This document shows positions 48,831 to 60,814 of a DNA stretch of 64,000 bases, piece after piece. Position numbers and translations under genes: made by a program. Each line of letters begins with the position of its first letter. Position 1 is the first letter of the stretch. Under the pieces are notes generated by a model, which saw nothing but the letters and a program-made list of their open reading frames with translations, was not told the DNA's origin and searched no databases. The DNA is from Coleofasciculus sp. B1-GNL1-01 (GTDB lineage Bacteria > Cyanobacteriota > Cyanobacteriia > Cyanobacteriales > Coleofasciculaceae): the NCBI GenBank assembly GCA_040220235.1, contig JAVJTO010000030.1. One strand, written 5' to 3'.

Positions 48831-49112
48831 AGCATTGGTTTATTAATCGTAGTTGGAGGGCAAAACAACCGGGAAATTCTCCTGGGCAAAAAACCCAGTG
48901 ATAGTATCACTGGGTTAACAAGGGCTGCTGTAATAACTGAAGAAGATGTCGTTAGCTAGTATAGTATTGACTCAACGTTAAGTCTTGTTTATTCGCAGAT
49001 TAAAATTCACAATTAAAAAACTTCAATTCTATTCTGAAAAGTAAGTCATTAAAAATTACTAATTATAACAATTAATACTTGGCTTAAATTAGAAAACAAG
49101 CTGAAGGATGTA

Positions 49113-49214
49113 TAGCGACCGCCATGGCTGTTAGGACACATCATTTATGTAGAGACGTTGCATGCAACGTCTCTACAATGGTGCCGAACGTCCTAATCGA
49201 TGTGTCTATTGCTA
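49113..49214. mobile_element. MITE carrying a perfect GTAGAGACGTTGCATGCAACGTCTCTAC palindrome
   Basis: TA|TAGCG..TTAGGAC...GTCCTAA..TGCTA|TA; a reverse-oriented relative lies at about 29530-29600. Confidence 0.7.
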
Positions 49215-49380
49215 TACCTACGACCAAACCCTTCAGGTTATGGACGCAATGCTATAGTTACCTCAAACCTCCCTCTTGAGATAAGGCTAGACTTTATCAC
49301 CTGCGAAAGATGAAGCAACCTAAAATGAATGGAAGCATAGGGGCATAGAGGTTAGATTCGGAGGCTTCATTAGTTTAGTA

Positions 49381-49938
49381 ATGAAACATACGCAAGCTTG
49401 GCAATCCTTATTCGGAATCAGTGCTTTAGCGGTGATAAATTTACCGACAGTGGCGATGGCAACGCCAACCATGTCTGGGGGAAATCAATCGTTGATTCAG
49501 AATTCAGAAAACTATCAAATCGCCCAGGCTGGGAGTGATTGCCGTAAGGTTGATGCCAGATATGGTTTAAATATCCGTGAACGCCCGACAGAAAATAGTC
49601 GCATTGTTGGAGTTGTGGCAAATGGCGCAAAGATTAATATAGAAAGTCGCGGTCAAAATGGTTGGGTTCCCATCGACGATCCCAGAGATGGTTATGTATC
49701 AGCAGAGTACCTCAATTATTGTGGCACGCCAACACCACCTCAAGTGAGTTGCGCTCAAGTTGATGCCTATGGTGGCTTGAATGTGAGACGACGCCCAACA
49801 ACGAATAGTCCAATCATCCGGACGTTAGATAATGGGCGGTATGTCAATATTCGTGAGGCGCGAGGGAGTGACTGGGTGTCCATTAGTGCGCCAGTATCTG
49901 GTTTTGTGGCGTCGGGTTATTTGGAATCCTGTTCCTAG
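49381..49938 (+). CDS. Secreted protein with two bacterial SH3 domains
   Basis: Signal peptide; GLNIRERP..GWVPI..GYVSAEYL and GLNVRRRP..WVSI..GFVASGYL. Confidence 0.88.
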   Translation: MKHTQAWQSLFGISALAVINLPTVAMATPTMSGGNQSLIQNSENYQIAQAGSDCRKVDARYGLNIRERPTENSRIVGVVANGAKINIESRGQNGWVPIDDPRDGYVSAEYLNYCGTPTPPQVSCAQVDAYGGLNVRRRPTTNSPIIRTLDNGRYVNIREARGSDWVSISAPVSGFVASGYLESCS

Positions 49939-50135
49939 AATTTCTCTCATTCGGTTAAACATGATACCAAATCTGTAGAGTTTAGTGACTGGATCTAGCC
50001 CTCTTATAGAAATAGAAAAAACCCTCACTATCCATCAAAAGAGGTCAGCGAGGGGCGATTTTATTAAATTAGCGGAGACAAATTTGAGGTCGTTCCAGAC
50101 GCGCCATCATACCATGCTGTCTGGAACTGAGTTAT

Positions 50136-51212
50136 TTAACGAACCACGCCCTGTTGAGAAGCAACTTCCATGGGCTTCATCAGGTAGAGTCTCAGGAACT
50201 GCCAACCATTAGAGACATAGTAGGGCAGCTTCTTGAAAAATTGCAGGAACTTCGGACTGTTGGAGTTAGCAATTTCCGTTAACTTTTCGTTATTGCCAAT
50301 ACAGACTTCCAGACGTTCGTAGAACTTAGGATGTTCCACATCTAAAATCACCGGAAATACCCGTCCAGCCGTTTCGTTGGTCTTCTTAATCACATGCTTA
50401 TCATACTCGCGGGCATCTAAACCAATCGACTGATAGAAACCAGACCGTTGGATGTCATTTAGATACATTGTCACAAATACTGAGAGCAAGAAGAAGCGAG
50501 ACCATAACTTCGCCTGCCAATCATTTAACATTTGCGGCTGGGCTTTCATGATCGCATCAAAGAAATCCCCATGACGATTTTCGTCCTGACACCAGTTTTC
50601 AAAGAACCGGAAGATGGGGTAAATGCGGTCTTCAGGATGAGCTTCAAGATGGCGATAAATGGTGATATACCGCCAATAGCCAATCTTCTCGGACAAATAG
50701 GTGGCGTAGAAGATAAACTTCGGCTGGAAGAAGGTGTACTTCTTATTCTTGGTCAAAAATCCCAAATCCAGCGCCAGATTGAAATCTGACATCGCCTTAT
50801 TCAGAAAACCCGCATGACGTGCTTCATCACGAGACATCAGGGTGAAACACTCTGCCAGAACCGGGCTTTTATCTTTTATCCGACGACCCAGTTCTTTATA
50901 CAGTAAGAATCCAGAGAATTCTGCTGTACAGGAACGCTCCAGAAATTCCACAAACAAGCGGCGGGTTTCACCGTCGATATGCTCCCAAGACTGCTCAAAC
51001 TCAGCGTCCCGGACGAAGTGGTGGCGATTGTAGTCCGCACGGAACTCTTCTAGAATCGCCAATAGCTCATCCTCATTCGGCGAGATATCCATCTGCGCCA
51101 TGGCTTCAAAGTCTGTCGTGTAGAACCGAGGCGTCAGTATGGTCTCCTTTGCCGGAGATTTAACGCCAGGTCTCATTTCTTCAAAGGTAGGTTTTTTAAG
51201 GGTATCTACCAT
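50136..51212 (-). CDS. acsF: Mg-protoporphyrin IX monomethyl ester oxidative cyclase
   Basis: [36 protein letters not shown] and [10 protein letters not shown] di-iron motifs. Confidence 0.97.
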   Translation of the reverse strand: MVDTLKKPTFEEMRPGVKSPAKETILTPRFYTTDFEAMAQMDISPNEDELLAILEEFRADYNRHHFVRDAEFEQSWEHIDGETRRLFVEFLERSCTAEFSGFLLYKELGRRIKDKSPVLAECFTLMSRDEARHAGFLNKAMSDFNLALDLGFLTKNKKYTFFQPKFIFYATYLSEKIGYWRYITIYRHLEAHPEDRIYPIFRFFENWCQDENRHGDFFDAIMKAQPQMLNDWQAKLWSRFFLLSVFVTMYLNDIQRSGFYQSIGLDAREYDKHVIKKTNETAGRVFPVILDVEHPKFYERLEVCIGNNEKLTEIANSNSPKFLQFFKKLPYYVSNGWQFLRLYLMKPMEVASQQGVVR

Positions 51213-51579
51213 AGTTGGTTTTACTCGTTATCTTTTACTTACGATTTTGGACTTGAGAATGGGGCAATTGGGGGGTGACTCGACCCGCGCCGATTTTTTA
51301 GCGCTGCATATTGAGTCTACCAAGGTCTTGGGTGAGTGCAAAATCCAGTTAAGGTTAAAATTTGTAAATTTGCTTAACCTTTCTTCATGTTTGTCAGGGA
51401 ACAGGGAATAGGTAACAGATAACAACGTAAGTAGAGATGCGCTTTTGAAGCGTCTCTACAGAGAATTTTCATCTTTCCTATCTCCCCCATCTCCTCGGTT
51501 TTTGTCAAAAGGGACATGACTATCGCCATGCCCCTAATTAATTAAATCAAAGACGGTTTAGTACGGAAGTCCTAAGCCG

Positions 51580-52416
51580 TTAAGCGTCTTCAGCTTCAAC
51601 GCGACCGTAAAAGATCCCCCGAATCAAGACTTCTTCAGGTTCTTCTTCGGCTCCCAGGTCAGTATCAGCCGTCTGTTCGCTCTCAAAGGTACCAGCAATT
51701 TCACCGGTGAAGCTATCCACCTTAGAGACCTGTAGAGACATCTCACCCGAGCGGGTCTCTACGCGCTTAACGTTAGCGCGAACGAATTCCTCTTCATCCG
51801 CTTTGGAAGGCAGCGCGATCGCATTATCATAGCCAGATGCTACACCACGACCTTTGGGATCGAGGAACACAGCACCCCGATAAGACGGAACCTTAAATTC
51901 TCCTTCAAAGTCAGTAGACGTATTCACGCTCGTCATATTTGGCTGACTTGTGGCAACCAAACTTTTAATTGTGAACATGAAGGGAACTTGTTCGCCTCCA
52001 GGTAGCTGTACTGTAATCGCTTGAAAGTCAATACCATCCTCTTCAGTAAAGATAAGGCTGCCATTTTCTCCAAAATTCAAGGAACCTTCAACTTGGTCTA
52101 GGCTAGAGGTAGCCCGGGTCAATAACTTACCTGGGATATATTCTGCCTCTCTACGCTTATTTGTCGGTTCTTCCTTGACAAAGAAGCTGGTTGGCTGTAA
52201 ACACAGCTCGACAATTCGATAGGACTTATCAGACTCAATGGGAATAGAACCACGAGTTGTTTCTGAGAGCTGGGGACATAAATTCGCTAAGCCCGTATTT
52301 CTAATCTGGTCGTAGGTCAATTGATCAGGACTAGTCGCTGTTGCTGCATCCGAACAAGCAGTTAATACCCCCAGACACAATGCCAAAAAGGCAACAATAA
52401 ATGCGCGATACCTCAT
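51580..52416 (-). CDS. psbO: Photosystem II manganese-stabilising protein
   Basis: MRYRAFIVAFLALC..LTYDQIRNTGLANLCP..DGIDFQAITVQLPGGE..VPSYRGAVFLDPKGRG. Confidence 0.97.
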   Translation of the reverse strand: MRYRAFIVAFLALCLGVLTACSDAATATSPDQLTYDQIRNTGLANLCPQLSETTRGSIPIESDKSYRIVELCLQPTSFFVKEEPTNKRREAEYIPGKLLTRATSSLDQVEGSLNFGENGSLIFTEEDGIDFQAITVQLPGGEQVPFMFTIKSLVATSQPNMTSVNTSTDFEGEFKVPSYRGAVFLDPKGRGVASGYDNAIALPSKADEEEFVRANVKRVETRSGEMSLQVSKVDSFTGEIAGTFESEQTADTDLGAEEEPEEVLIRGIFYGRVEAEDA

Positions 52417-52625
52417 GGTCAACCTCAATCGTCAATCTCTAAAACAAGAAAAATTTTTTTATGGTGATTAGTTAGTGAATCAGGCTGTGGTTTATATAAA
52501 TAAAACCGCAACTATCCTTACCATATCAACGAAAGTCACCCTAAATTCACTCCACCTTAAATGCGGCAAAGGGGCGGACGAGGAGAACCCGGAGGGTCAG
52601 CGTCCGATAGCGAAGCAGGTGGGCA

Positions 52626-52806
52626 ACGCCCGACGAAATTGCCGCACTGGGATTACTCCCAAAAACACTTGGATTTCTCCGGTAAAGTTTACCTCGACGA
52701 GCTATGACTCGGTACTTTCTGAATAACACTGGCTTTCCCGCATAACCAGTTTAATTACTCAGTTGTAGGGCTTGGAACTGGCATGCATCCCAAGGTACGA
52801 ACGTTA
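52626..52806 (+). ncRNA. ssrS: Probable 6S RNA
   Basis: ~180-nt non-coding segment with a closing stem (TGCC..TGGGAT / ATCCCA.GGTA, G-U pair favouring the + strand). The internal sequence resembles cyanobacterial 6S RNA as recalled. Ends are approximate. Confidence 0.65.
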
Positions 52807-53130
52807 ACACTTAGTCATAACGGCTGCTCGGTTCGGCTCCGCTCACCGAGCGAAGTCGAGGTGAGCCGTCTGGTCAACAGGCTTTGGAGAGCCTACACCT
52901 GATCCTGCGATTAGGTGTGCGGTCGTTGACACCATGGTATAGTTTTGGTCACACGCTGGTTATCGGTGATCGTTTAGTAGATCGAACGGTGGCTTACTAA
53001 AGCCTTGTTCCCTACATGATGCCGAAAGCGTGAACCTTAGCTTTTCTCGCTTCATTGTACACGGGAAGCGACACTTTTACGCTTTCAATCAAGCGGATGG
53101 CAAGAAACAACGAAGATTGACAGGGGTAGG

Positions 53131-53451
53131 ATGAATTTTAGTGATGAGTTAGATGCTCAAGATCTACAGGTCAAATTACAAGCTCTAAGGACGGAGATTT
53201 GGGCGTTAGCCGATAGGCATCAAGGGGATACCTTAACACTGCTGGCTCTGCTGCGGACGCTGGAAGAGGCGCACCGCGAGATCCGAGATAGTCTATTTCA
53301 AGACTCGTTACCCGACAATCGACAAACCTTGTATGCGCTGCTCAAAGATATTGAAGAATTAGGGGGTTGGCCCTATGTGGCGCGGATGAAGCTGCGATCG
53401 CTGCTGACAAATTTCCCGGAAGCGGCAATCTCGGAGATTCAACAACCCTAA
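53131..53451 (+). CDS. Conserved cyanobacterial hypothetical protein
   Basis: LLALLRTLEEAHREIRDSLFQDSLPDNRQTLYALLKDIEELGGWPY pattern. Confidence 0.8.
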   Translation: MNFSDELDAQDLQVKLQALRTEIWALADRHQGDTLTLLALLRTLEEAHREIRDSLFQDSLPDNRQTLYALLKDIEELGGWPYVARMKLRSLLTNFPEAAISEIQQP

Positions 53452-53741
53452 CGTGATCTAGCGCTGGCTAACCCCAGCTAGCCGAGCCAGACGTTGACTC
53501 AAGCAGGGTAAAGTTAGGATCGTCTATAACGACTTAGAAGGCTTGGCTAATGAGATAAAAACAAGTTTTTTCTCTCTGCCAATTCATCTCACCGCTTGCG
53601 GAGCGAGATTATGGCGGGAAACGTCTTGGAGATTAGGTTAAACGATGTTGCGCCAACAAGACAGTTGGGGCAACAGGTGCTAAGATCCAGCCGTCAGTCT
53701 TAGCACTTTATTATCTTACTTCTTATTTTTGAGCAGGGACT

Positions 53742-55178
53742 ATGGATGAAATTAAGTTTGGCACAGACGGCTGGCGAGGTGTGATCGCCGCCGATTTTAC
53801 GTTTGAGCGTGTGGCGTTAGTTGCGACAGCCGCCACTCAAATCCTCGCTGATATTTATGGCAAAACCAGCGGTAGCCGTACTGTGGTTGTTGGTTATGAT
53901 CGGCGCTTTATGGCGGAAACCTTTGCCAAAAAGACGGCGGAGGTTGTCCAATCCCTGGGATTTGATGTGTTGCTTTCTGAAAGTTACGCGCCCACCCCGG
54001 CATTTAGCTGGGCAGCAAATAACCAGAATGCTCTAGGGGCTTTGGTTCTAACGGCTAGCCATAATCCAGCCAGTTATCTGGGATTAAAAGTGAAGGGGGC
54101 ATTTGGGGGATCAGTTCCGCCAGAAATTACCCAAAAAATTGAAGCCAAACTCGCTCAACCTCCAGCCTCAGCGCCAACACCAGGTAAAATCCAATCCTTT
54201 GATCCGTGGTCAAGTTATTGTGATGCGCTGCGCTCAAAAATAAATTTGGCGAGTATTCAGAACCTGATTAGCCAAGGTAAATTGACTGTCTTTGCCGATG
54301 TTATGCATGGCGCAGCCGCAGGGGGCTTGAGCAAAATTTTAAATGTACCGATTCAGGAACTCAATAGCTCCCGTGATCCCTTATTTGGTGGCGGTGCGCC
54401 GGAACCTTTGCCCCGTTATCTGTCTCAACTCTTTCGCCACATCCGTACCCACCGACGGCAAGCAGAGGCGGCTTTACGGGTAGGATTGGTCTTTGACGGA
54501 GATAGCGATCGCATCGCGGCAGTGGATGGACAAGGCAATTTCCTCAGTTCTCAAATTCTAATCCCGATTCTGATTGAACATTTAGCATCCCGACGGCAAG
54601 AGACAGGGGAAGTGGTAAAAACAATTAGTGGTTCGGATTTAATTCCCAAAATTGCTCAACTTTATCAATTGCCCCTCCACGAAACCCCCATTGGGTACAA
54701 ATATATTGCCGATCGCATGGTTTCTACCCAAGTCTTGCTGGGAGGTGAAGAATCCGGTGGAATTGGGTATGGGACACATATCCCAGAACGCGATGCCTTA
54801 CTCTCTGCCCTATATCTGTTGGAAGCGATCGCGGAATCGGGTATGGATTTAAGCCAACTCTACCAACGCTTACAAGGGCAAGTCGGCTATACCTCGGTTT
54901 ATGACCGCATTGATTTACATCTAGCAGGAATGGATGAGCGATCGCGTCTACTCAACCAACTGCAAACCCAACCCCCCACTGAGATTAATGGTCAAGGGGT
55001 TGTTGATTGTCAGACAATCGACGGGTACAAGTTCCGGTTAGCCAATGGTAGCTGGTTACTGATTCGGTTCAGTGGCACCGAACCCGTCTTACGCCTTTAC
55101 TGTGAAGCTTCGACTCCAGAACAAGTTCGTCAAACCCTCAGTTGGGCAAAAGATTGGGCAAATAGGAATCAGGGATAA
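53742..55178 (+). CDS. Phosphoglucomutase/phosphomannomutase family protein
   Basis: FGTDGWRG, TASHNP, DGDSDR, GGEESGG and RFSGTEP motifs. Confidence 0.95.
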   Translation: MDEIKFGTDGWRGVIAADFTFERVALVATAATQILADIYGKTSGSRTVVVGYDRRFMAETFAKKTAEVVQSLGFDVLLSESYAPTPAFSWAANNQNALGALVLTASHNPASYLGLKVKGAFGGSVPPEITQKIEAKLAQPPASAPTPGKIQSFDPWSSYCDALRSKINLASIQNLISQGKLTVFADVMHGAAAGGLSKILNVPIQELNSSRDPLFGGGAPEPLPRYLSQLFRHIRTHRRQAEAALRVGLVFDGDSDRIAAVDGQGNFLSSQILIPILIEHLASRRQETGEVVKTISGSDLIPKIAQLYQLPLHETPIGYKYIADRMVSTQVLLGGEESGGIGYGTHIPERDALLSALYLLEAIAESGMDLSQLYQRLQGQVGYTSVYDRIDLHLAGMDERSRLLNQLQTQPPTEINGQGVVDCQTIDGYKFRLANGSWLLIRFSGTEPVLRLYCEASTPEQVRQTLSWAKDWANRNQG

Positions 55179-55339
55179 GAGAGCAGGGGGAGTTATCAGT
55201 TATCAGTGAGCAGTTATCAGGAGCCGGGGGAGCCGGGGAAGCCGGGGGAGCCGGGGAAGATGGGGAAGTTAACTAGAAATTCTACCTTACCTGTTCACTG
55301 TTCCCTGTTCCCTAACAAATGACAAATGACCAATGACAA

Positions 55340-55912
55340 ATGACCAACCTAATTGTTGCCACTGGAAATCCAGGTAAATTACGCGAGATGCAGGCATATC
55401 TCGGTGATTCGCCTTGGGAATTGCAGCTTAAGCCACCGGAAATCGAGATTGAGGAAACGGGGGATACCTTTGCGGCGAATGCTCGTCTCAAGGCGTTAGG
55501 TGTCGCCCAAGCCACGGGTCAATGGTCAATCGCCGATGATTCTGGTTTACAAGTAGATGCTTTGGATGGAGCGCCGGGGATTTATTCTGCACGCTATGGG
55601 AAAACCGATGCAGAACGGATTCAGCGGTTGCTGTCCGAACTGGGGGATACGTCCAATCGGGGGGCGCAGTTTGTTTGTGCGATCGCGATCGCTCGTCCTA
55701 ATGGCACAATCGCCTTAGAAGTGGAGGGCGTGTGCCGAGGTGAAATTCTTAAGGCTCCCTTGGGTACAGGTGGCTTTGGCTACGATCCGATTTTTTACGT
55801 GCCAGAACAGAGATTAACCTTTGCCCAAATGACTCCGGAACTGAAGCGACGCTACAGTCACCGGGGCAAAGCCTTTGAATTACTCCTCCCCCAGTTCAAT
55901 CAACTCTTATGA
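55340..55912 (+). CDS. rdgB: Non-canonical purine NTP (dITP/XTP) pyrophosphatase
   Basis: ATGNPGK, ADDSGL, APGIYSAR, GFGYDPIF and SHRGKA motifs. Confidence 0.95.
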   Translation: MTNLIVATGNPGKLREMQAYLGDSPWELQLKPPEIEIEETGDTFAANARLKALGVAQATGQWSIADDSGLQVDALDGAPGIYSARYGKTDAERIQRLLSELGDTSNRGAQFVCAIAIARPNGTIALEVEGVCRGEILKAPLGTGGFGYDPIFYVPEQRLTFAQMTPELKRRYSHRGKAFELLLPQFNQLL

Positions 55913-55960
55913 ATTATGAATTAGAAACCTTAATTTTTAATCCATAATTCATAAGGTAAT

Positions 55961-56311
<351 letters not shown>

Positions 56312-56471
56312 TCACTTACGTTTCTTTATTTATATGTATCAGACCAGTATGACACGATGAACTACGGCGACTTACTTCGTTGAAGTCGCTGTTTCTGACG
56401 TTTCTTCGCCCCTAGTTGCTTCATACTTCCGTATCGCGATTTAGTTTTACACTCCCATCAATAAATTTTTT

Positions 56472-56485
56472 GTAACATTAAATAC
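56472..56485 (-). promoter_or_regulatory. NtcA binding site upstream of glnB
   Basis: Exact GTA-N8-TAC (GTAACATTAAATAC); glnB is an established NtcA target. Confidence 0.75.
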
Positions 56486-56685
56486 AGTTATTTAGAGTGT
56501 CGTATGCATTGCCCGTCGCCAATCGCCAATTCCCAGACGGTCAACACTCGATCAGGGCAGGGTGAAACTCGCCCCGACAAACTATGCCTTCAGTCGTCAA
56601 GGGTCAAAACTCTCGCATTTCCCCAATCCTCAGGCTACGGTGGTCGATCGCCAAACTTTTGATTAAAATGAGAAATATATCACGG

Positions 56686-57072
56686 GGGGCCTTAATGGTT
56701 TCGACGTGTTGGTGAAAGCCAACCCGTGATACAGGTCGAGAGTGAGTCTTCTCTCGTAAATCCCGGACTCAAACAAAAGTAACTGCGAACAACATCGTTC
56801 CTTTTGCTCGTAAGGCAGCTCCTGTAGCCGCTTAAACACCTCTTATAGGTTCGAGCGTTCTTAGTCTGACTCCGTTAAGGGCTAAGGACACAACCCCAAC
56901 GGATGCGCTAGTTAGCTGTCTTTGGTCGGCTGTCTAGCAAAGACCTAACCAAAGCATCCCACCATCCGGGATAATGGATGGTTCCCGCCCTGAGGATGAG
57001 AAGGGCTAAACCTGTGAATGATCGGTAGGTAAATACCCAATGCGGACACGGGTTCAATTCCCGTAGGCTCCA
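56686..57072 (+). ncRNA. ssrA: tmRNA
   Basis: Acceptor stem GGGGCCT/AGGCTCC-A; T-arm GGGTTCAATTCCC; tag frame ANNIVPFARKAAPVAA*; CCA not encoded. Confidence 0.97.
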
Positions 57073-57100
57073 TTCCTAAATTCAATTTTCCGATGCAATA

Positions 57101-57131
57101 AGACCCCTTCATGCTAGATGAAGGGGTTTTT
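57101..57131 (+). terminator. Intrinsic terminator after ssrA
   Basis: ACCCCTTCAT-GCTAG-ATGAAGGGGT followed by a T tract. Confidence 0.8.
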
Positions 57132-57559
57132 ATCATTGATAATACGTTGATTAGTTTGCCATCATTCATACCAAATGGGCTTCATTAACCTCCTGTATCA
57201 CCGGGGTACTGTTTCCTGGAAGCCATCTGCCATCTGCCATCTGCCATCTGCCTTGTCCTTACCAAGAAGGAAATAGTTAACCCGGATTCACTATCAGATT
57301 ATCCGGATGAATGCCTTGATGACAGAAAAAGGTAATCAAACGCCTTCGGTGCCCTTATCAATTTATTAACAATTGTTGCGGGTTAGATGAATGAACTCCA
57401 AACTCCGGCTTTGGTGTTCATTCAATCATGATATTGGAGGTAAGGATGCGAGGATTTGACCGCCCAAAAGGAGTAGGGAAGTAATCCTATCCCACTGAAT
57501 CCCTTACTCTGGAGTACCTCATCCTTAAATATGTAAACAACAACGAGCAAGAGCAAGTT

Positions 57560-58597
57560 ATGGTAATGCAACCTACGTATGGTAATGGTTTTATCGATAG
57601 CTCAACCATTGAACTTTCTCAGGAAGGATTGCGGTCTATTCTGAATCAGATTGAGGCGGAACTCATCGATAGTGAAGTTTACCGCCGCACCATGGCTGGG
57701 TTACAAACGATGTTAGGAGAAGCCTCAAGCAACGCTCATATTCTGGTCAAGGCGGTGGGGCGAGAAGCCGTAAGGTTGACATTTCAGGAATTTGCCAGAC
57801 AGTATAAAGTTGTTCCTGTAACTCCTGTGGCTTCTGACGGAATGAATCAACCGACAGAAACCGAAGAGGAGGAGTTGGAGATTCCCCAAACTGAAGAGAC
57901 GGAATGTCCCATTGGCTCTGGAGAAACGATGTCCCATAGGGTTGAGACAAACTTATCGCCCAGTTTAGCGGATCGAGAGATTGGGGAAACTCAGTCGCGT
58001 AAAAAACTCACTAAAGCAGAATTAGCCGCGCAAAAGCTTTCCCTAGAACGGGAAGAGATGTTGCAGCAAATTGGTCAACAACTGCGACGAGCGCGTAAAT
58101 CTCGCTCTTTGAGCCTTCAGCAACTCCATCGCCAAACCTTAGTCCCCATTCATCAAATTGAAGCATTAGAAACGGGTAGTCTGGCTCAGCTACCCGAGGA
58201 TATTTATATTCGTGGTTTTATTCGTCGGCTTGGTTATGCTCTAGGGTTAGATGGTGTAGGGTTAGCCTTGTCTTTGCCGGAAATTGATCCGGTCAAGTCT
58301 GTGATTCCTTCCTGGTATAAAGATCCAGTCGCTACAGGGTTTCACCTTAAATCTGTTCATTTATATCTAGGTTACGCCACGTTGATTGCAGGAGCAGTGG
58401 GAGGACTCAACTGGATGTCGAATCAACAATCAGCGCCACAAAACACAGCGGAACCTGAACCTGCGACTCCTGGTCAAAACGCTATTTCTCCAAACGCTGA
58501 AACTAGCAAATCTACCCATAGACCTGGGATTCAATCGGGTCAAACTGGTGTAAAGGCTGGAGCGGATATTGCTCCCCCGGAAGCATTTCCGTTTTAA
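57560..58597 (+). CDS. RodZ-like HTH (XRE/HTH_25) membrane-anchored protein
   Basis: IGQQLRRARKSRSLSL..IEALETG..LPEDIYIRGFIRR followed by a TM segment. Confidence 0.85.
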   Translation: MVMQPTYGNGFIDSSTIELSQEGLRSILNQIEAELIDSEVYRRTMAGLQTMLGEASSNAHILVKAVGREAVRLTFQEFARQYKVVPVTPVASDGMNQPTETEEEELEIPQTEETECPIGSGETMSHRVETNLSPSLADREIGETQSRKKLTKAELAAQKLSLEREEMLQQIGQQLRRARKSRSLSLQQLHRQTLVPIHQIEALETGSLAQLPEDIYIRGFIRRLGYALGLDGVGLALSLPEIDPVKSVIPSWYKDPVATGFHLKSVHLYLGYATLIAGAVGGLNWMSNQQSAPQNTAEPEPATPGQNAISPNAETSKSTHRPGIQSGQTGVKAGADIAPPEAFPF

Positions 58598-59027
58598 GGA
58601 GATGGGGAAGATGAGGAAGATGGGGAAGATGGGGAAGATGAGGGAGAGAATAAATTTTTCGGCGGAACCATGAACAATTAACGAAGGACGAATGACGTAG
58701 CTTCCTTCTCGATGAAAGCGAGTATGACGAATGACGAATGACGAATGACATAAGACATAAGACGAATGACCACTTTATAGACTCTTTGCCAATTCCTCAC
58801 CAACTCCTAACACAGATCTATCGGACGGAATTCCTGTCGTCAGAATAGTGATATAGAAACATAAAATAAGACTCGGCTGTTACGATCCTTTCTTGTAATT
58901 CAGTACCGAATTGCAAGCTGGGAGCTATTTGCCTTATTCATGACTTTATCCTGGCAAATCGACTGAATTATATAGTGTTTCCTTAACGATTTAACGATGT
59001 TGAGTAATCTTACCCCTTTTTAAGACA

Positions 59028-60689
59028 GTGACTTACTTAATCTGTACTTGTGACATATTACACAAGCAAATCTATCCATTAAGTTTAGGCGCGAATACAA
59101 TTGGGCGGGAAGAGGATAACACTATTGTAGTTGACCATACCTATCTTTCCCGTTACCACGCTCAGATTTTGTTTTCCCCTGACGCTGTGATACTGCGGGA
59201 TCTTAATAGTCTCAATGGTACATTTGTTAACGAGTTTAAAGTTGAACAATGTCAACTTAAGGATGGAGATTTTATTCGTTTAGGGGATGTATCGTTTAAG
59301 TTTGTACAGCAAATCCCTAGGGTTGAGAAAACTGTATCATCAGATGCTGATACGGAAATTTCAATTGTCAAGCAAGTCTCTCCGGAAAAAACTCGAATTG
59401 CCATCACTGATTTATTACAACCCGATAAGTCAGAAAATTCTATTATTAAACTGAAGCAGCAAGACGCTCATCAACGAACGGTTGATAAGTTGCAAATTTT
59501 ACTGGAAGTCAGTAAACAACTGTCTTCTCCGGAAGATCCCGATCAATTACTGCAAAAAATCGTCGATTTGCTATTTGAAATCATGCATATCGATCGCGCT
59601 ACTATTTTGATGGTTAATGAAACGACAGATTTTCTGGAACAAAAATCCGTAAACTGGCGATCGGGAATCCCGACTGACGAAAATTTTTACAGTAGTAAAA
59701 TTACTAATTTTGTCCGTGAACAGGGCGATGCAATTCTCACGGGTGATGCTCGCAAAGATGGCTTATTTAACGATTCAATCTCTATCGTTGAACAAGGGAT
59801 TCATGCCGCCATGTGTGTTCCTCTGAAGCCCGCAGATGAGGTGATTGGGGTATTGTATGTGGATAATTTGTCAATGGCTGATATCTATTCTGATGAGGAT
59901 TTAGAGTTTTTAACTTGTCTAGCCAACCAAGCCGCGATCGCGATCGAAAATTCCCGCCTGTATAAGAAGATGCAGGAACAGGAAGTGATGCAGGCAAAGT
60001 TACAACGATTCTTTCCACAATCCGTGAGTCGCAAGTTACGGGAAGAAGGACATTTAGCGACAGTGGAGACGGAAGTGACGGCTTTGTTTGCCGATATTAG
60101 CAACTATACGCAAATGTCGTCAGAAATGGAACCGTGTCAGATTGTTGAAATGCTGAATGAGTATTTTCAGGTTGTTGTTGAAGAGATTGTTTTCCCTTAC
60201 AAAGGCACATTAGAAAAGTATATTGGTGATGGAATTTTGGCAATTTGGGGCGCACCGTATCGCCAACCGGATGATGTGGATTTAGCGGTACAGGCAGCGA
60301 TAGAAATGCAATGGGCAGTTTCCCGCTTAAATCAAAAATGGATTCGAGACAACCGACAACCTATTCAAATTCACATTGGGTTAAATACAGGTACAGTCGC
60401 CGCTGGAAATATTGGTTCTAAAAATATGATTCAGTATGCCACAATTGGAGATACAACGAATGTGAGCAGTCGAATTTGTGATGTGGCTCAAGCGGGGCAA
60501 ATTTTAATCGCTCAAAGTACGTTTGATAAGCTGGGTGATCCGAGTATTCCCCTAGAAAAAATACCACCTGTTTGGGTGAAGGGTAAGACTTCGCCTTTGC
60601 ATCTCTATCGGGTTTTGTGGGAGCAGTATAACGCAACAGAGGTATTGTGCGAGAATGGTGGTCTAGTAACTACACTTAGCCGATCTTAA
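59028..60689 (+). CDS. FHA-GAF-class III adenylate cyclase (CyaD-like architecture)
   Basis: FHA IGR..SRYHA..DLNSLNGTFVN; GAF AMCVPL..LYVDN; cyclase FADISNYT, KYIGDG, IGDTTNVSSR. Confidence 0.92.
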   Translation: MTYLICTCDILHKQIYPLSLGANTIGREEDNTIVVDHTYLSRYHAQILFSPDAVILRDLNSLNGTFVNEFKVEQCQLKDGDFIRLGDVSFKFVQQIPRVEKTVSSDADTEISIVKQVSPEKTRIAITDLLQPDKSENSIIKLKQQDAHQRTVDKLQILLEVSKQLSSPEDPDQLLQKIVDLLFEIMHIDRATILMVNETTDFLEQKSVNWRSGIPTDENFYSSKITNFVREQGDAILTGDARKDGLFNDSISIVEQGIHAAMCVPLKPADEVIGVLYVDNLSMADIYSDEDLEFLTCLANQAAIAIENSRLYKKMQEQEVMQAKLQRFFPQSVSRKLREEGHLATVETEVTALFADISNYTQMSSEMEPCQIVEMLNEYFQVVVEEIVFPYKGTLEKYIGDGILAIWGAPYRQPDDVDLAVQAAIEMQWAVSRLNQKWIRDNRQPIQIHIGLNTGTVAAGNIGSKNMIQYATIGDTTNVSSRICDVAQAGQILIAQSTFDKLGDPSIPLEKIPPVWVKGKTSPLHLYRVLWEQYNATEVLCENGGLVTTLSRS

Positions 60690-60814
60690 CGACTGAACGT
60701 TGGACAAAATTTTACCAGGAACGTTTACCATGGCAAACCTCCTTTGTAAGTCGAGATGTTGAAACTATTGCCTATTGCCTATTCCCACCACAAGACTTAT
60801 TCAGCAGACTCTAC

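Noticed and set aside
52540..52806. RNase P RNA, or the short ORFs listed here
   Set aside because: It lacks the GAGGAAAGTCC signature of RNase P RNA; a 6S RNA fits the size and closing stem better.
56686..57300. Prophage or integrative element at the tmRNA 3' end
   Set aside because: No integrase and no duplicated ssrA 3' end were seen; a terminator and ordinary genes follow.
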